From an uncultured Candidatus Rokubacteria bacterium (GTDB taxonomy: Bacteria; Methylomirabilota; Methylomirabilia; Rokubacteriales; CSP1-6), in assembly GCA_963789955.1 (NCBI GenBank), contig CAWBMV010000012.1, positions 288,001 to 352,000 of the forward strand: DNA of 64,000 nt. Direction: 5' to 3'. The notes under the pieces were generated by a model. The model did no database searches. It saw nothing but the letters and a program-made list of their open reading frames with translations, and was not told the origin of the DNA. The position numbers and the translations under genes were made by a program. Shown piece after piece: positions 23,507 through 37,340 of the stretch (position 1 is the stretch's first letter; every line of letters starts with the position of its first letter).

Positions 23507-24667
23507 GTGAAAATCCACGAGTACCAGGCCAAGGCCCTGCTGCGCGAGTTCGGCGTGCCGGTCCCGGCCGGCGACGTCGCCACCACGCCCGCGGAGGCTC
23601 GAGCGGTTGCCGCGCGCCTGGGCGGCAAGGTGGTCGTGAAGGCGCAGGTGCACGCGGGTGGCCGCGGCAAGGCCGGCGGGATCAAGCTCGCCGACGACCC
23701 GGAGGGCGCCCAGCGCGCCGCGCAGCAGATCCTCGGCATGAAGCTCAAGACGCCCCAGACGCCGCCCGACGGCATCCTCGTGCGCTCGGTGCTCATCGAA
23801 GAAGCCTCGGCCGTCGACCGTGAGCTCTACCTCTCGATGACGCTCGATCGCGCCCGCGCGACCCACGTCGTGATGGCCTCGCAGGCGGGCGGGATGGACA
23901 TCGAGGAGGTCGCCGCACGTACACCCGAGCGGATCTTCCGGGAGTGGGCGCATCCGGCGCTCGGGATCCAGGACTACCAGGCGCGCCGTCTCGCGTACGG
24001 GCTCGGGCTGACGGGCGAGCCGTTCAAGCAGGCGGTCGGCCTGATCCGAAGCCTCTTCGCACTCTACCTCGCGCGCGACTGCTCGCTGGCCGAGATCAAC
24101 CCGCTGGTGGTCACCAAGGACGGGCGCGTGCTGGCCCTCGACGCCAAGCTCAACTTCGACGACAACGCGCTCACTCGGCACAAGGAGATCGCGGCCCTCC
24201 GCGACGTCAACGAGGAAGATCCGCTCGACGTCGAAGCCTCGAAGTACGGCCTGAACTACATCAAGCTCGACGGGAACGTCGGCTGCATGGTGAACGGCGC
24301 AGGGCTCGCGATGGCGACGATGGACATCGTGAAGCTCGCCGGCGGCGAGCCCGCCAACTTCCTCGACGTCGGCGGCGGCGCCTCACCCGAGCAGATCGAG
24401 AACGCGTTCCGCATCCTCTCGTCCGATCCGAGCGTGAAGGCGGTGTTCATCAACGTGTTCGGCGGCATCCTACGCTGCGACCGTCTGGCCGCGGGCGTGA
24501 TCGCCGCCGTCCAGAAGCTCGGGCTGCGGCTGCCGGTCGTGGTGCGCATGGAAGGCACCAACGTGGAGCAAGGCAGGCAGATGCTCGCCGAGTCGGGCCT
24601 GCATCTGACCAACGCCGACGACATGGGGGATGGCGCGAAGAAGGCGGTGGCCCTCGCGCGGGGCTAG
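23507..24667 (+). CDS. sucC: Succinyl-CoA synthetase beta
   Basis: [47 protein letters not shown]. Confidence 0.95.
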   Translation: MKIHEYQAKALLREFGVPVPAGDVATTPAEARAVAARLGGKVVVKAQVHAGGRGKAGGIKLADDPEGAQRAAQQILGMKLKTPQTPPDGILVRSVLIEEASAVDRELYLSMTLDRARATHVVMASQAGGMDIEEVAARTPERIFREWAHPALGIQDYQARRLAYGLGLTGEPFKQAVGLIRSLFALYLARDCSLAEINPLVVTKDGRVLALDAKLNFDDNALTRHKEIAALRDVNEEDPLDVEASKYGLNYIKLDGNVGCMVNGAGLAMATMDIVKLAGGEPANFLDVGGGASPEQIENAFRILSSDPSVKAVFINVFGGILRCDRLAAGVIAAVQKLGLRLPVVVRMEGTNVEQGRQMLAESGLHLTNADDMGDGAKKAVALARG

Positions 24668-24980
24668 CCGGTGGCTACCCCTCTTGCTCCTCACGGCCCT
24701 GGTCGTCGCGAGCGCCGGGTGTCGGCGCGGCGACGAGCGAGCCTACGAGGACGCCGTCGCGACGATGTCGATGGTGAAGGCCAAGGCGTTCTTCGAGAAG
24801 TACCCGCAGAGCCCGTACCGGGATCGGCTCGTCGAGGACATGATCCGGTGGTGCCGGCGTGAGGACACCGACGCGTGCTATGAGATCATCGTCAAGACGA
24901 TGCCGACCGATCATCCCCGCTACCAGGAAGTCGCCGACCTCGTCGAGCGTCGGCGCGCCGACAAGCGGCGGAAGCACTGA
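24630..24980 (+). CDS. Hypothetical lipoprotein between sucC and sucD (start uncertain)
   Basis: Hydrophobic segment plus lipobox SAGC; stop abuts the sucD ATG. Confidence 0.6.
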   Translation: MARRRRWPSRGASRWLPLLLLTALVVASAGCRRGDERAYEDAVATMSMVKAKAFFEKYPQSPYRDRLVEDMIRWCRREDTDACYEIIVKTMPTDHPRYQEVADLVERRRADKRRKH

Positions 24981-25853
24981 ATGAGCATTCTGGTCGACCG
25001 GTCGACGCGCGTGGTCGTGCAAGGGATCACCGGCCGTGAAGGCGCCTTCCACGCCGCGCGGTGCAAAGAATACGGCACGCTGGTGATCGGTGGTGTGACG
25101 CCGGGCAAGGGCGGTACGACGCACGAAGGCTTCCCGGTCTGGAACACGGTGGCCGAGGCCGTGGCCAGCGAGGGCGCGACCTGCGCCCTGATCTTCGTGC
25201 CGCCGCCGGCCGCGGCCGACGCGATCATGGAGGCCGCCGCCGCGGAGATCCCGCTGGTCGTCTGCATCACCGAGGGCATTCCGGTCACCGACATGGTGAA
25301 GGCCAAGCACTTCCTGGCCGGCACCAAGAGCCGTCTCATCGGACCGAACTGCCCCGGCGTCATCACGCCGGATCAGGCGAAGATCGGGATCATGCCCGGA
25401 CACATCCACAAGGCGGGACCGGTGGGTGTGGTGTCGCGCAGCGGCACCCTGACCTACGAGGTCGTCGGCCAGCTGACCGGGCGCGGGATCGGGCAATCGA
25501 CGTGCGTCGGGATCGGCGGCGATCCGGTCAACGGCACGACCTTCGTCGACGTGCTGCGGATGTTCAACGACGATCCCGAGACGCGCTCGATCATGATGAT
25601 CGGCGAGATCGGCGGCACCGCCGAGGAAGAAGCGGCCGCCTTCGTCAAGGCCAAGGTGAAGAAGCCCGTCGTCGCGTTCATCTGCGGCCAGACGGCGCCG
25701 CCCGGGCGCCGGATGGGCCACGCGGGCGCGATCATCGCGGGCGGCAAGGGGACGGCGGCTGAGAAAATGAAAGCACTCGAGGAGGCGGGGGCCACCCTGG
25801 TCAAGAGCCCCGCCGACATGGGAGCGACCATGGCCAAGGTGATCGGACGATGA
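24981..25853 (+). CDS. sucD: Succinyl-CoA synthetase alpha
   Basis: [33 protein letters not shown]. Confidence 0.95.
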   Translation: MSILVDRSTRVVVQGITGREGAFHAARCKEYGTLVIGGVTPGKGGTTHEGFPVWNTVAEAVASEGATCALIFVPPPAAADAIMEAAAAEIPLVVCITEGIPVTDMVKAKHFLAGTKSRLIGPNCPGVITPDQAKIGIMPGHIHKAGPVGVVSRSGTLTYEVVGQLTGRGIGQSTCVGIGGDPVNGTTFVDVLRMFNDDPETRSIMMIGEIGGTAEEEAAAFVKAKVKKPVVAFICGQTAPPGRRMGHAGAIIAGGKGTAAEKMKALEEAGATLVKSPADMGATMAKVIGR

Positions 25854-26275
25854 GCGCGCAGCGCACCCTCGCCATCGTCAAGCCCGACGCGGTGGCCAAG
25901 CGCGTGGCGGGCAAGATCATCACGCGCATCGAGGAGGCCGGCTTCACGATTCTCGCGGCCAGGCTCGTGCACATGTCGCTCACCGAGGCGCGCGGCTTCT
26001 ACTATGTTCATCGCGCGCGGCCCTTCTACGAGAGCCTCTGCTCCTTCATGGCGCAGGGGCCGTGCCTCTTAATGGTGCTCGAGGGCGAGAACGCGATCCA
26101 GCGCTGGCGCGACCTCATGGGCGCCACCGATCCGGCCAAGGCGGCGTCCGGGACGATCCGAAAGGATTTCGCCTCGTCCATCGAGGCCAACGCCGTGCAC
26201 GGCTCCGACTCGCCCGAGACGGCGGCGGTCGAGATCCCCTACTTCTTCTCCAGCCTCGAGCTCTGCCCGCGGTAA
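25850..26275 (+). CDS. ndk: Nucleoside-diphosphate kinase
   Basis: [27 protein letters not shown]. Confidence 0.95.
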   Translation: MSAQRTLAIVKPDAVAKRVAGKIITRIEEAGFTILAARLVHMSLTEARGFYYVHRARPFYESLCSFMAQGPCLLMVLEGENAIQRWRDLMGATDPAKAASGTIRKDFASSIEANAVHGSDSPETAAVEIPYFFSSLELCPR

Positions 26276-26282
26276 CCACGCG

Positions 26283-27775
<1,493 letters not shown>

Positions 27776-27779
<4 letters not shown>

Positions 27780-28276
27780 AGTTCGCGGTGACGGTCGGCG
27801 ACACCACCGAGATGGTCGAGGTGAGCGGCGAGGCCGGGCACTACCGGCTGACCATCGGCTCCGAGGTCTGGGAGGTCGACGGGCGTCTCACCGCGCAAGG
27901 CATCTACTCGCTGCTGATCGGCGGGGTGTCCTACGTCGCCGACGTCTGGGACGAGGACGGCGCGTGTGTCGTCGATGTGGGAACGGAGCGCTACGTGGTC
28001 AACGTCGAGGAGCACACCCGCCACATCATCCGCACGAAGGGCGGCGCCGGCGGCGGGCAGGCGGGCCGAACGCTCGTGGCGCCGCTGCCCGGACGCATCG
28101 TCAAAGTCGCGGTGAAGCCGGGCGATCGCGTCGAGAAGGGCGCCACCTTGCTGGTGATCGAGGCGATGAAGATGGAGAACGAGTTCAGGGCCGGCGCCTC
28201 GGGCACCGTCGCCGAGGTTCGGGTCGAGCCCGGTCAGGCCGTGAACGGAGGGGACGTCCTCGTCGTCATCCGCTGA
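27776..28276 (+). CDS. Biotin carboxyl carrier protein (BT plus biotinyl domain)
   Basis: APLPGRIVKV, IEAMKMENE. Confidence 0.9.
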
Positions 28277-28297
28277 GCACCGGGCGGCTCGCCGCCC

Positions 28298-29032
<735 letters not shown>

Positions 29033-29054
29033 GACGGTTTCCCCCGGCTCCCGA

Positions 29055-29750
29055 TCAACGGCTCGGTACGGTTATCTGGGCCTGGAGCCGCTTCACGAGG
29101 CTCGACAGGCCGAAGCTGATCGCGAAGTAGACCACCGCGACGAACAGGTACATCTCCACCAGGCGTCCGTCCCGCTGAGCGATCTTCGAGGCGGCGCCGA
29201 GGAAATCGGTGATGGAGATCACGTACACGAGCGAGGTGTCCTGGAACAGGATGATCGTCTGGGTGAGCAGCACCGGCATCATGTTCCGGAACGCCTGCGG
29301 CAGCACGATGCGTCCCATGGTCTGCCAGTAGCTCAGGCCGAGCGCGTAGCCGGCCCACATCTGCCCGCGCGGGATCGACTGGATGCCGGCGCGCATGATC
29401 TCGCAGTAGTAGGCGGCCTCGAACATCATGAAGGTGACGAGGGAGGAGACGAACGCGCCGACCTGGATCGGCCGGCTCGCCCCGAGCAGCCAGCCGCCGA
29501 TCCAGGGCACCAGGAAGTAGAACCAGAAGATCACGAGCACGAGCGGCGTCGAGCGCATCACGTTCACGTACGCGCCGGCGACGCTCGAGAGCACGCGGTA
29601 GCTCGCCAGCCGCATCATCGCCAGCAGGGTGCCGAAGACGATCCCGCCCGTCATGGCCAGCGCGGTGAGCGTGAGCGTGAAGGTCATGCCCTCCCGGAAC
29701 AGGTAGGGCGCAGTCCGTCGGATGACGTCCCAGTCGAATCCGGTCAGCAC
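29055..29750 (-). CDS. gltK: Glu/Asp ABC permease
   Basis: FDWDVI.., [30 protein letters not shown]. Confidence 0.8.
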   Translation of the reverse strand: MLTGFDWDVIRRTAPYLFREGMTFTLTLTALAMTGGIVFGTLLAMMRLASYRVLSSVAGAYVNVMRSTPLVLVIFWFYFLVPWIGGWLLGASRPIQVGAFVSSLVTFMMFEAAYYCEIMRAGIQSIPRGQMWAGYALGLSYWQTMGRIVLPQAFRNMMPVLLTQTIILFQDTSLVYVISITDFLGAASKIAQRDGRLVEMYLFVAVVYFAISFGLSSLVKRLQAQITVPSR

Positions 29751-29752
29751 GC

Positions 29753-30510
29753 TCAGTGCCCGGCCTGCGGCATCGCCGGTGCCCGCACCGATGAGCCCCG
29801 GCACCGCCAGCCTCCGCTCGAGCCAGCGCATCCCGAGCACCACGACGAGGTTCAGCGCCAGGTAGATGAGGGTGGCCGCCGTGAACGCCTCGAAGACCTG
29901 GAAGCTGAACTCCTGCATCGAGCGAGCGCTGGCCGTGAGCTCGACCAGCCCGATCGTCAAGCGCCACGGCGCTGTTCTTGATGACGTTCAGGAATTCCGA
30001 CGTGAGCGGCGGCATGACGATCCGGATCGCCATCGGCAAGAGGATGTAGCGATAGGTCTGCGGCAAGGTGAGCCCGAGCGCGACGCCCGCCATCCGCTGG
30101 CCACTCGCCAGGGACTGGATCCCGGCACGCACCTGCTCGGCCACGCGCGCCGAGGTGTAGAGGCCGAGGCAGACGACCGCCGTGTAGAACGCTGAGCGCG
30201 GCAGCTGCTTGAGCCAGGTCCCGACCGCGGTCGGCAGGAGCTCGGGCACCACGAAGAACCAGATGAACATCTGGACCAGCAGGGGAACGTTGCGGAACAC
30301 CTCGACCCACGCGTCGCCGAGGCGGCGCAGCCAGTTGACCGGCGTGGTCCGGACCACGCCGACGATCATGCCCAGCGCGAGCGCGATCAGCCAGGCGGCC
30401 AGCGCGGTCGCCAGGGTCCAGCCGAGGCCGGCGATGAGGGTGTCGAGATAGGTGCCGCGCCCGTCCGGCGAGAGCTGCCAGAAGATGCCCCAGTTCCAGT
30501 TGTACTTCAC
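29753..30510 (-). CDS. gltJ: Glu/Asp ABC permease (frameshifts near 29960 and 29760)
   Basis: MKYNWNWGIF, FRNVPLLVQMFIWFFV, PPLTSEFLNVIKNSAVA. Confidence 0.8.
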
Positions 30511-30558
30511 TGGCTCAGCTCCCCGGCCGGACGGGCGCGGCGCGCACGCGGTGTCGAG

Positions 30559-31473
30559 CTACTTGTAGTCGTTCGGGTCGCCGGAGTCCGTGGGCTTGGC
30601 CACCACGTGCTTGAAGACCTCGCTCATCGGCACGTTGAGGTTGATGCCCTTCGGCGGTACCGGCTGCCAGGAACCACTTCGCGTAGATCTTGTTGATCTC
30701 GCCGGACTTGTAGACCTTCGTCATCGCCTCGTCCACGACCTTCTTGAACGACGGATCGTCCTTGCGCAGCATGATGCCGTAGGGCTCGACGGACAGTGCG
30801 TCGGCGGAGATGACCCACTCCGACGGGGTCTTCGAGTTGGCCACCAGGCTGTAGAGCAGGATGTCGTCCATGACGAACGCGACGGCGCGGCCGGTCTCGA
30901 CCATCAGGAACGCCTCGGCGTGATCCTTGGCGGGCAGGATCGTGAGGCCGAGATTCTTCGGGCGTTGAGCTCGGTGATCTGCTTGATGTTGGTCGTGCCC
31001 GAGGTCGAGACGACCGTCTTGCCCTTGAGGTCGTCGAGGCTCTTGAGGTTCGCGGCCTTCTTGCTGACGAATCGGTTGGCCGTGACGAAGTGGGTGATCG
31101 TGAAGGCCACCTGCTTCTGCCGCTCGAGGTTATTGGTGGTCGAGCCACACTCGAGGTCGATCGTCCCGTTCGCCATCAGCGGAATGCGCGTCGCCGAGGT
31201 CACCGGATTGAGCTTCACCTGCAGATTGGGCATCTTGAGCTCGGCCTTCACGGCGTCGACGATCTTGCCGCAGAGGTCCATCGCGTAGCCGATGGCCGCC
31301 TGCTTGTCGTCGAAGTACGAGAAGGGGATCGATACGTCGCGATGCCCGAGCGTGATCGCGCCCGTCTCCTTGATCTTCTTGAGCGTGCCCTCCTGCGCGT
31401 GTGCCGGCGCTGCGACCAGCAGAGCGCACAGGGCGGCCAGGCCAACAGAGACGAAGCTTCTGAGATTGCGCAT
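30559..31473 (-). CDS. gltI: Glu/Asp ABC substrate-binding protein (frameshifts near 30955 and 30665)
   Basis: TLKKIKETGAITLGHRD.SIPFSY, VTSATRIPL, ECGSTTNN.ER, AFVMDDILL. Confidence 0.85.
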
Positions 31474-31598
31474 GTGTCGTGTCTCCTCCGCTACGTGTTG
31501 TTCGGTCCTACCCAATAGGCAAAAGGCCGGATCTTTCCGGAACTCAGCCTGCATCCAAGGGCCCCAGGCGGATCGATTCGCTTTCGTTGTGCGAGCGG

Positions 31599-31629
31599 CG
31601 CGGGCGGGTGCGCGAAGCACCCGCCCGCG
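31599..31629 (-). terminator. Hairpin after the sugar ABC operon
   Basis: CGCGGGCGGGTGC-GCGAA-GCACCCGCCCGCG. Confidence 0.55.
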
Positions 31630-31647
31630 GTCGTGCCGCCGGTCGGC

Positions 31648-32490
31648 TTACTTGATGGCGCCGGCGGTGAGGCCGGAGACGTAGTAGTCGAGGAAGAAGA
31701 CGTAGAGGATCACGATCGGGACCGAGGCGAGGACCGCGCCGGCCATCAGCGAGCCCCAGTAGTAGATGTCGCCGCGGATCAGCTCGGTCGTCACGCCCAC
31801 GCTGGCGGTGATCTGCTCGGACGACGACGTGAACGTGAGCGCGTAGATGAACTCGTTCCAGGAGAGCGTGAAGGCGAAGAGCGCGGCGCACACGAGGCCG
31901 GGCACCGCGATCGGCAGCACGATCCGCCACAGCGCCTGGATGCGCGTCGCGCCGTCGACCATCGCGCACTCCTCGACCTCTTTCGGCACGGTACGGAAGT
32001 AGCCCATCAGGAGCCACGTACAGAAGGGCACGAGGAACGTCGGATAGGTGACCACCAGCGCCCATTTCGAGTCGCCGAGCCCGAGCCAGTTCACGACCTG
32101 GGCCAGCGGCAGGAACAAGAGCGACGTCGGCACCAGGTAGGTGACGAAGATCCCGGTGCCGAGACTGGCGACGGCGAAGAATTTCAGCCGTGCCAGCGCG
32201 TACGCGGCGATCGTGCCGATGACGAGCGAGACGACCGTCGCCAGGATGGTGACCAGCAGGCTGTTCTGCGTCCACGTGATGAACTCGGTCTCCCAGAGGA
32301 GCCGCTTGTAGTGCTCGAGGGTCGCGCCCTGTCGGATGAGCAGCGGCACCGCGGTGCGATCGTACAGCTCCTTGTTCTGCTTCAGCGACGTCAGCGCCAT
32401 GTGATAGAAGGGGAACACCGCGAAGATGATGAACGGCATCAGCGCCAGGTGCGACAGGATCTGGTGCCAGAACTTCCTGCCCTTCATCAT
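31648..32490 (-). CDS. Carbohydrate ABC permease (MalG-like)
   Basis: EECAMVDGATR EAA motif, SWNEFIYA. Confidence 0.9.
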   Translation of the reverse strand: MMKGRKFWHQILSHLALMPFIIFAVFPFYHMALTSLKQNKELYDRTAVPLLIRQGATLEHYKRLLWETEFITWTQNSLLVTILATVVSLVIGTIAAYALARLKFFAVASLGTGIFVTYLVPTSLLFLPLAQVVNWLGLGDSKWALVVTYPTFLVPFCTWLLMGYFRTVPKEVEECAMVDGATRIQALWRIVLPIAVPGLVCAALFAFTLSWNEFIYALTFTSSSEQITASVGVTTELIRGDIYYWGSLMAGAVLASVPIVILYVFFLDYYVSGLTAGAIK

Positions 32491-33431
32491 CAGTAGGCCT
32501 GCTTTCTGACGTAGCGGAGCTGCGCCCACACGACGATCATCAGCGCCGGGAACAGGTAGAGCGAGATCGCCGCGCCCTCACCGATCCGCCCCGTCTCGAG
32601 CCCGACCTGCCGCGCGAGCGTGGCGAAGAGGTGGGTCGAGTTGATCGGCCCGCCGTGGGTCAGGACGTAGATGATGTTGAACTCGCTGAAGGTGAAGATC
32701 GTCGAGAACAGCACGACGATGGCCAGGACCCCCTTCAGGAGCGGCAGGGTGACGTACCAGAAGCGCGCGATCGGCCCCGCGCCGTCGGCCTCCGCCGCCT
32801 CGTAGAGCTCCTTCGGAATCGCGACCAGCCCCGCCAGCAAGGTGATCGCGAAGAACGGCAGGCCGCGCCAGATGTTGACGATGATCACGGCGGCCATCGC
32901 GTAGTACTTCTGGCCGAGCCAGTTGGGCCCGGGCGGATCGATGATGCCGCTGGCCAGGAGGGTCCAGTTGACGACGCTGTAGAGCGAGTTGAACATCCAC
33001 GACCAGCCGAGCGTCGACAGCGCGGTCGGGATGACCCAGGGCAGCAGCACGGCGCCGCGGATCAGGCGCTTGAACCAGAGCTGCTGGTTGAGCAGCAGGG
33101 CGAGCGAGATACCCAGGACGATCTTCGCCCCCACCGCCAGGCCGCAGAAGACGAACGCGTTCTGAAACGTCTGCCGGAACGCGTCGCTGTCCCAGAGATT
33201 GACGAAGTTGCGAAGGCCGATGAAGCTGCTCGGCCGGCCGATGAACGCGTTGGAGACCGAGAAGTAGAGCGCCATGCAGAACGGATAGGCTACCAGCAGC
33301 AGGATCAGCACCAGGGCCGGGCTCACGAAGATCGGCCCGAGCCACGACTCGCGGTCGAGCAGCTCGCTGATCCGAGTCCGTAGCGAGGTGCTCCGCGCCG
33401 CGGTCGCGATGCCGACGCTTCCGACGGCCAT
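32490..33431 (-). CDS. Carbohydrate ABC permease (MalF-like)
   Basis: FIGLRNF, LLPWVIP, ELYEAAEADGA. Confidence 0.9.
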   Translation of the reverse strand: MAVGSVGIATAARSTSLRTRISELLDRESWLGPIFVSPALVLILLLVAYPFCMALYFSVSNAFIGRPSSFIGLRNFVNLWDSDAFRQTFQNAFVFCGLAVGAKIVLGISLALLLNQQLWFKRLIRGAVLLPWVIPTALSTLGWSWMFNSLYSVVNWTLLASGIIDPPGPNWLGQKYYAMAAVIIVNIWRGLPFFAITLLAGLVAIPKELYEAAEADGAGPIARFWYVTLPLLKGVLAIVVLFSTIFTFSEFNIIYVLTHGGPINSTHLFATLARQVGLETGRIGEGAAISLYLFPALMIVVWAQLRYVRKQAY

Positions 33432-33433
33432 GG

Positions 33434-34715
33434 CTAGCTGCCCGCCATGATTTTCTTCATCTCGTTCTCGGCCCAGGCGACGGACTCCTTCGTCGAGGTC
33501 CCCGTGACCGCCTTGGCGAGCATGTTGGGCAGGATGAACGAGTTGGTGATGAGCTGCACCTTGTCGGAGGCCGGCGCCGGCCAGCCGTAGGTGTGATAGT
33601 TCGTGCCCTCGCCCTTGAGGGTGGCCAGCTTCGGATCGGTCTTGAGGACCGCGTGATCCTGCATTTTCGAGTAGACGCGGCAGGAGGAAGGCGCCGCCCG
33701 ACATGATGTACTCGTCGTAGACTTCCTTCTTGCCGAGCAGGTAGCGGATCCACTCCTTCGCGGGCTCGATGTTCTTCGAGAATTTCCAGATGCCGATCGA
33801 GCGCGGCGCGGTGACGTCATGGCGGCCGCTGGGGCCTGACAGACTCAGGTGATGATTGATCCCGTCGGCGCTGGGGAGCTTCTGGTCACGGGCGACGATG
33901 TAGGCGCTCACCGGATTGTGGATCCAGCCGGCCTTGCCCTGCTGGAGCGACTCGTTGTTGCTGGCATCGCTCCAGGAGAGGACTTCCGGCTCCATGCAGT
34001 CGCGGTACATCTTCCGGTACCACTCGACGACCTGAGCGGTCTGTTCCGAGTTGATCTTGACGGTCTTGCCGTCCTTGTCGACTTCTATGGCGCCGTGGCA
34101 CCACATGACGGCCGAGCCGGTCGAGATCGTGTCGAAGTTCTGGCTGATCGGAATGCCGACCGGGTGCCCCATCTTCTTCAGCTCGAGGCCGACCTTGTAG
34201 AGGTCTTCCCACGTCTTGGGCGCCGCGAGGCCGGCCTTCTTGAAAAGGTCCTCGCGATACGCGGAGACGAAGATGGAGTGGTACTGGGGCACCGCGCGCC
34301 AGACGCCCTTCACGTGCGCCGCCTCGTAGCCCGGCGCAATGACCTTGCCGTAGTTCTTTTCGAGGTTCGTGACGATGTCGGAGACGTCGACCAGCTGTGG
34401 CTCGTAGAGCCAGGGCACGTGCATGCGCATCTCGACCAGGTCATGGCCGGCCTGCGTCTGGACCTCGGAGGCGTACTTGGCCGCCTGCTGCGGGGCGGCG
34501 ATGTGGTCGATCTTGATCTTGATGCCGGTGTCCTTCGTGAAACGCGGGCCGAGCTCCGCCAGCTTCTTGTCGGAGAGCGGCGCGAAGTTGTTCCAGCACA
34601 GGTACGAGATCTCGCGCTGCTGCCCGCGCGCGGGCGGCACGCCGGTGGCGAGAATTCCCGCAAGGCCCGCCCCGGTCGTGGTCGTCAGGAAGTGCCGTCG
34701 GGTCAGAGAGGACAT
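33434..34715 (-). CDS. Carbohydrate ABC substrate-binding protein, Tat signal (frameshift near 33685)
   Basis: SLTRRHFL twin-arginine leader; YREDLFKKAGL..PKTWEDL. Confidence 0.85.
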
Positions 34716-34847
34716 GAATTCTCCTATCGTTCACGGATGGTTACGCCTGCCGGCCTCGCCGAGGCCGGCTCGTTTTCACTGCTCTCGGTGGCGCGGGCGG
34801 GCTGGCGGCCGAATCCCGCGTACCGGAAGGCCATTTGGCCCGTCATA

Positions 34848-36490
34848 TTACACCGGGCGCACCAGTTCTTGTAGCGCTCGCGTAGGACCTTCTTGTCGAA
34901 CTTGCCGACGCTCGTCTTGGGCACGGCCTCGACGATCTCGACGGCATCGGGGAGGGCCCACCGGGCGAGCTGCGGCCGGAGAAACTCGATGATCTCGCCC
35001 GGCTCGAGCACAGAGCCCGGCTTGGGCACCACGCAGGCCAGCGGGCGCTCGACCCACTTGGGGTGCGGCACCGCGATGACCGCTGCCTCCAGCACTTTCG
35101 GGTGGCTCATGATCATGTTTTCGACGTCGACGCTCGAGACCCATTCGCCCCCGGACTTGATCAGGTCCTTGGTTCGATCGGTGATCTGGACGTAGCCCTC
35201 CGCGTCGATCGTGGCGACGTCGCCGGTGCGGAACCATCCGTCCGCGGTGAACCGATCGGCGGATTCGGGGTTGTCGTAGTAGGCGGCGACGACCCACGGC
35301 CCGCGTACCTGGAGCTCGCCCATGCTCTGACCGTCCCATGCCAGCTCGGCTCCAGGTCGTCCACGATCCGAACGTCGACGCCGACCGAGGCGTAGCCGAC
35401 GCGCGAGTAGACGTCGTACTTCTTCTCCTCCGACCAGTCCTCCATGTAACTCTTGAGCCGCGTCACCGTTCCCAGCGGCGTCATCTCGGTCATGCCCCAG
35501 GCGTGCGACATCTGGACACCGAAGTTCTTGGCGTACGCCTGCTGCAGGCTCCTGGGTGCCGCGGAGCCGCCGATCGCGATCGTGCGCAGCGACGAGATGT
35601 CGTAGCCCTCTTTCTCGCAGAGCTCCTTGATCGCGATCCAGACGGTCGGCACCGCGCCGGTGAAGGTGATCTTCTCGGACTGGATCATCCGGCAGATGTC
35701 GGGCGGCTGTGGATTGGCGCCGGCGAAGATCTGGTCGGCGCCCACCATGACCGCGGTGAACGGCAGGCACCACGAGTTGGCGTGGAACATCGGCACGATG
35801 TGCAGGATGCGGTCGTTCTCGGAGATGCCGAACAGGTCGGTCGTCGCCTCGGCGAGGCAGTGCAGGAACATCGCGCGATGGGTGTAGACGACGCCCTTGG
35901 GATGGCCGGTGGTGCCGGAGGTGTAGCACATGCCCGCGGCGTCGGTCTCGGCGAGCGACGGCCATTCGCGCACCGGCTCGGCGCCGGCCACGAGCGCTTC
36001 GTACTCCGCATGCTCCGCCCCCGCCGTCTCGGCCGCTCCGGCCACGCCGTCGGGCATGATCACGATGCGCCGCACGGTCGGGAGCTTGTCTCGGATGCCC
36101 GCGATCACGGGCCAGAGGCTCGCGTCGACGAAGATGACCGCGTCGCCGGCGTGGTTGATGATGTAGGTCAGGTCCGACGGCGAGAGCCGGATGTTGAGGG
36201 TGTGTAAGTATTGCGCCGGAGAGCGGCGCCGCCCAGTAGAGCTCGAGGTGGCGGTGGCTGTTCCACGCGAACGTCGCCACGCGGTCGCCGCGGCGGATGC
36301 CGAGCGCCGCGAGGGCGCCGGCGAGCCGCATGGTCCGCTCGGCGAAGTCGGCGTACGTATAGCGGAACATCGGGCGGCCCGGCACGCGCGTGGCGATCGT
36401 CTTTCTGGCGAAGAGCCGCCGGCTCCGCTCGAAGAAGTGCGTCAGGGTGAGCGGGTAGTTCATCATGAGGTTGTCGAAGCGCGCGGTCAC
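34848..36490 (-). CDS. Fatty-acid--CoA ligase (AlkK/DmdB-like; several frameshifts)
   Basis: MCYTSGTTGHPKGVVYTHR, WGMTEMTP, WFRTGDVA, DRTKDLIKSGGEW, PKTSVGKFDKK. Confidence 0.9.
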
Positions 36491-37323
36491 TGTGATCGTC
36501 CTCCTGGAGCTACTTCTCCCAGATCTTCCGACGTGGCGCAGCGAAAGCCGACGAAGTGGTGCCCGGCCGCCGCGCCGCGGCGGTCGTAAGAGCGCCGCCG
36601 CGTCACGGCGAGCGAGTCCACGGGGTCGTCGTGACTCGCGCCTCGAACGACCACGCGTCCGCTCGTGCCCGTGTACGGCTCCCGGTCGTCGTCGATCCTA
36701 TAAGGATAGGGGCGGAGGAGGGTGAGCGTCCACTCTCGCAGGTTGCCGAGCATGTCCTCGACGCGGTACGGGCTCGTGCCGTCCGGCGTGCTCGCGGTCG
36801 GCTCGGTCGCGTTGTAGGCGCGGCCGAAGACGGCCAGGTGCGGCACCGGGGTGGCCGAGCCCCAGGGATACAGGCGGCGGTCGTCGCCACGCGCGGCTTT
36901 TTCCCACTCCGCCTCGGTGGGCAGGCGCCGACCCTTCCACGCGCAGTAGTCGCGCGCGCCGAACCAGGAGACCTCCACCACGGGATGGCGCTCGAATCCC
37001 GGATCGGCGACCCAACGGTCTTGAGAGCGGTGGATACGCGCGTCGGCGTCGTCCTCGTCGTACCGTCGCTCGCGGCCGGGCGGGCGCAGGCCGGTCGCAT
37101 TCAGAAACGCGGCGAACTCGGCGTTCGTGACCTTGTGGCGCTCGATCCAGAAGTCGCGCACGTAGACCCGGTGCAGGGGCGCCTCGTCCGGCGGGCCGTC
37201 GTCGCGCCCCATCCAGAAGGCTCCGGCCTGCACCAGCATGATCCCGTCCGCCGCGGCGACCGCCGGGAGCGCCAGCAGGACGGCGGCCACGAGGATCACG
37301 ACGGAGCGGCCCACACCGATCAT
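36487..37323 (-). CDS. Exported FGE-sulfatase (SUMF1/EgtB) domain protein; start 37323 or GTG 37314
   Basis: FWMG..DEAPLHRV, HPVVEVSWFGA, RLPTEAEWEKAARG, DMLGNLREW, GFRC. Confidence 0.85.
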   Translation of the reverse strand: MIGVGRSVVILVAAVLLALPAVAAADGIMLVQAGAFWMGRDDGPPDEAPLHRVYVRDFWIERHKVTNAEFAAFLNATGLRPPGRERRYDEDDADARIHRSQDRWVADPGFERHPVVEVSWFGARDYCAWKGRRLPTEAEWEKAARGDDRRLYPWGSATPVPHLAVFGRAYNATEPTASTPDGTSPYRVEDMLGNLREWTLTLLRPYPYRIDDDREPYTGTSGRVVVRGASHDDPVDSLAVTRRRSYDRRGAAAGHHFVGFRCATSEDLGEVAPGGRSQ

Positions 37324-37340
37324 GGTATCGTGAGTGCGGC

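Noticed and set aside
29055..34715. GltJ-GltK and SBP-permease fusions
   Set aside because: Indel artefacts; separate starts and stops are visible at 29750/29753 and 33431/33434.
36487..37323. FGE-fold protein as DGR target or true formylglycine-generating enzyme
   Set aside because: No template repeat or RT seen, and the catalytic Cys pair of FGE is absent.
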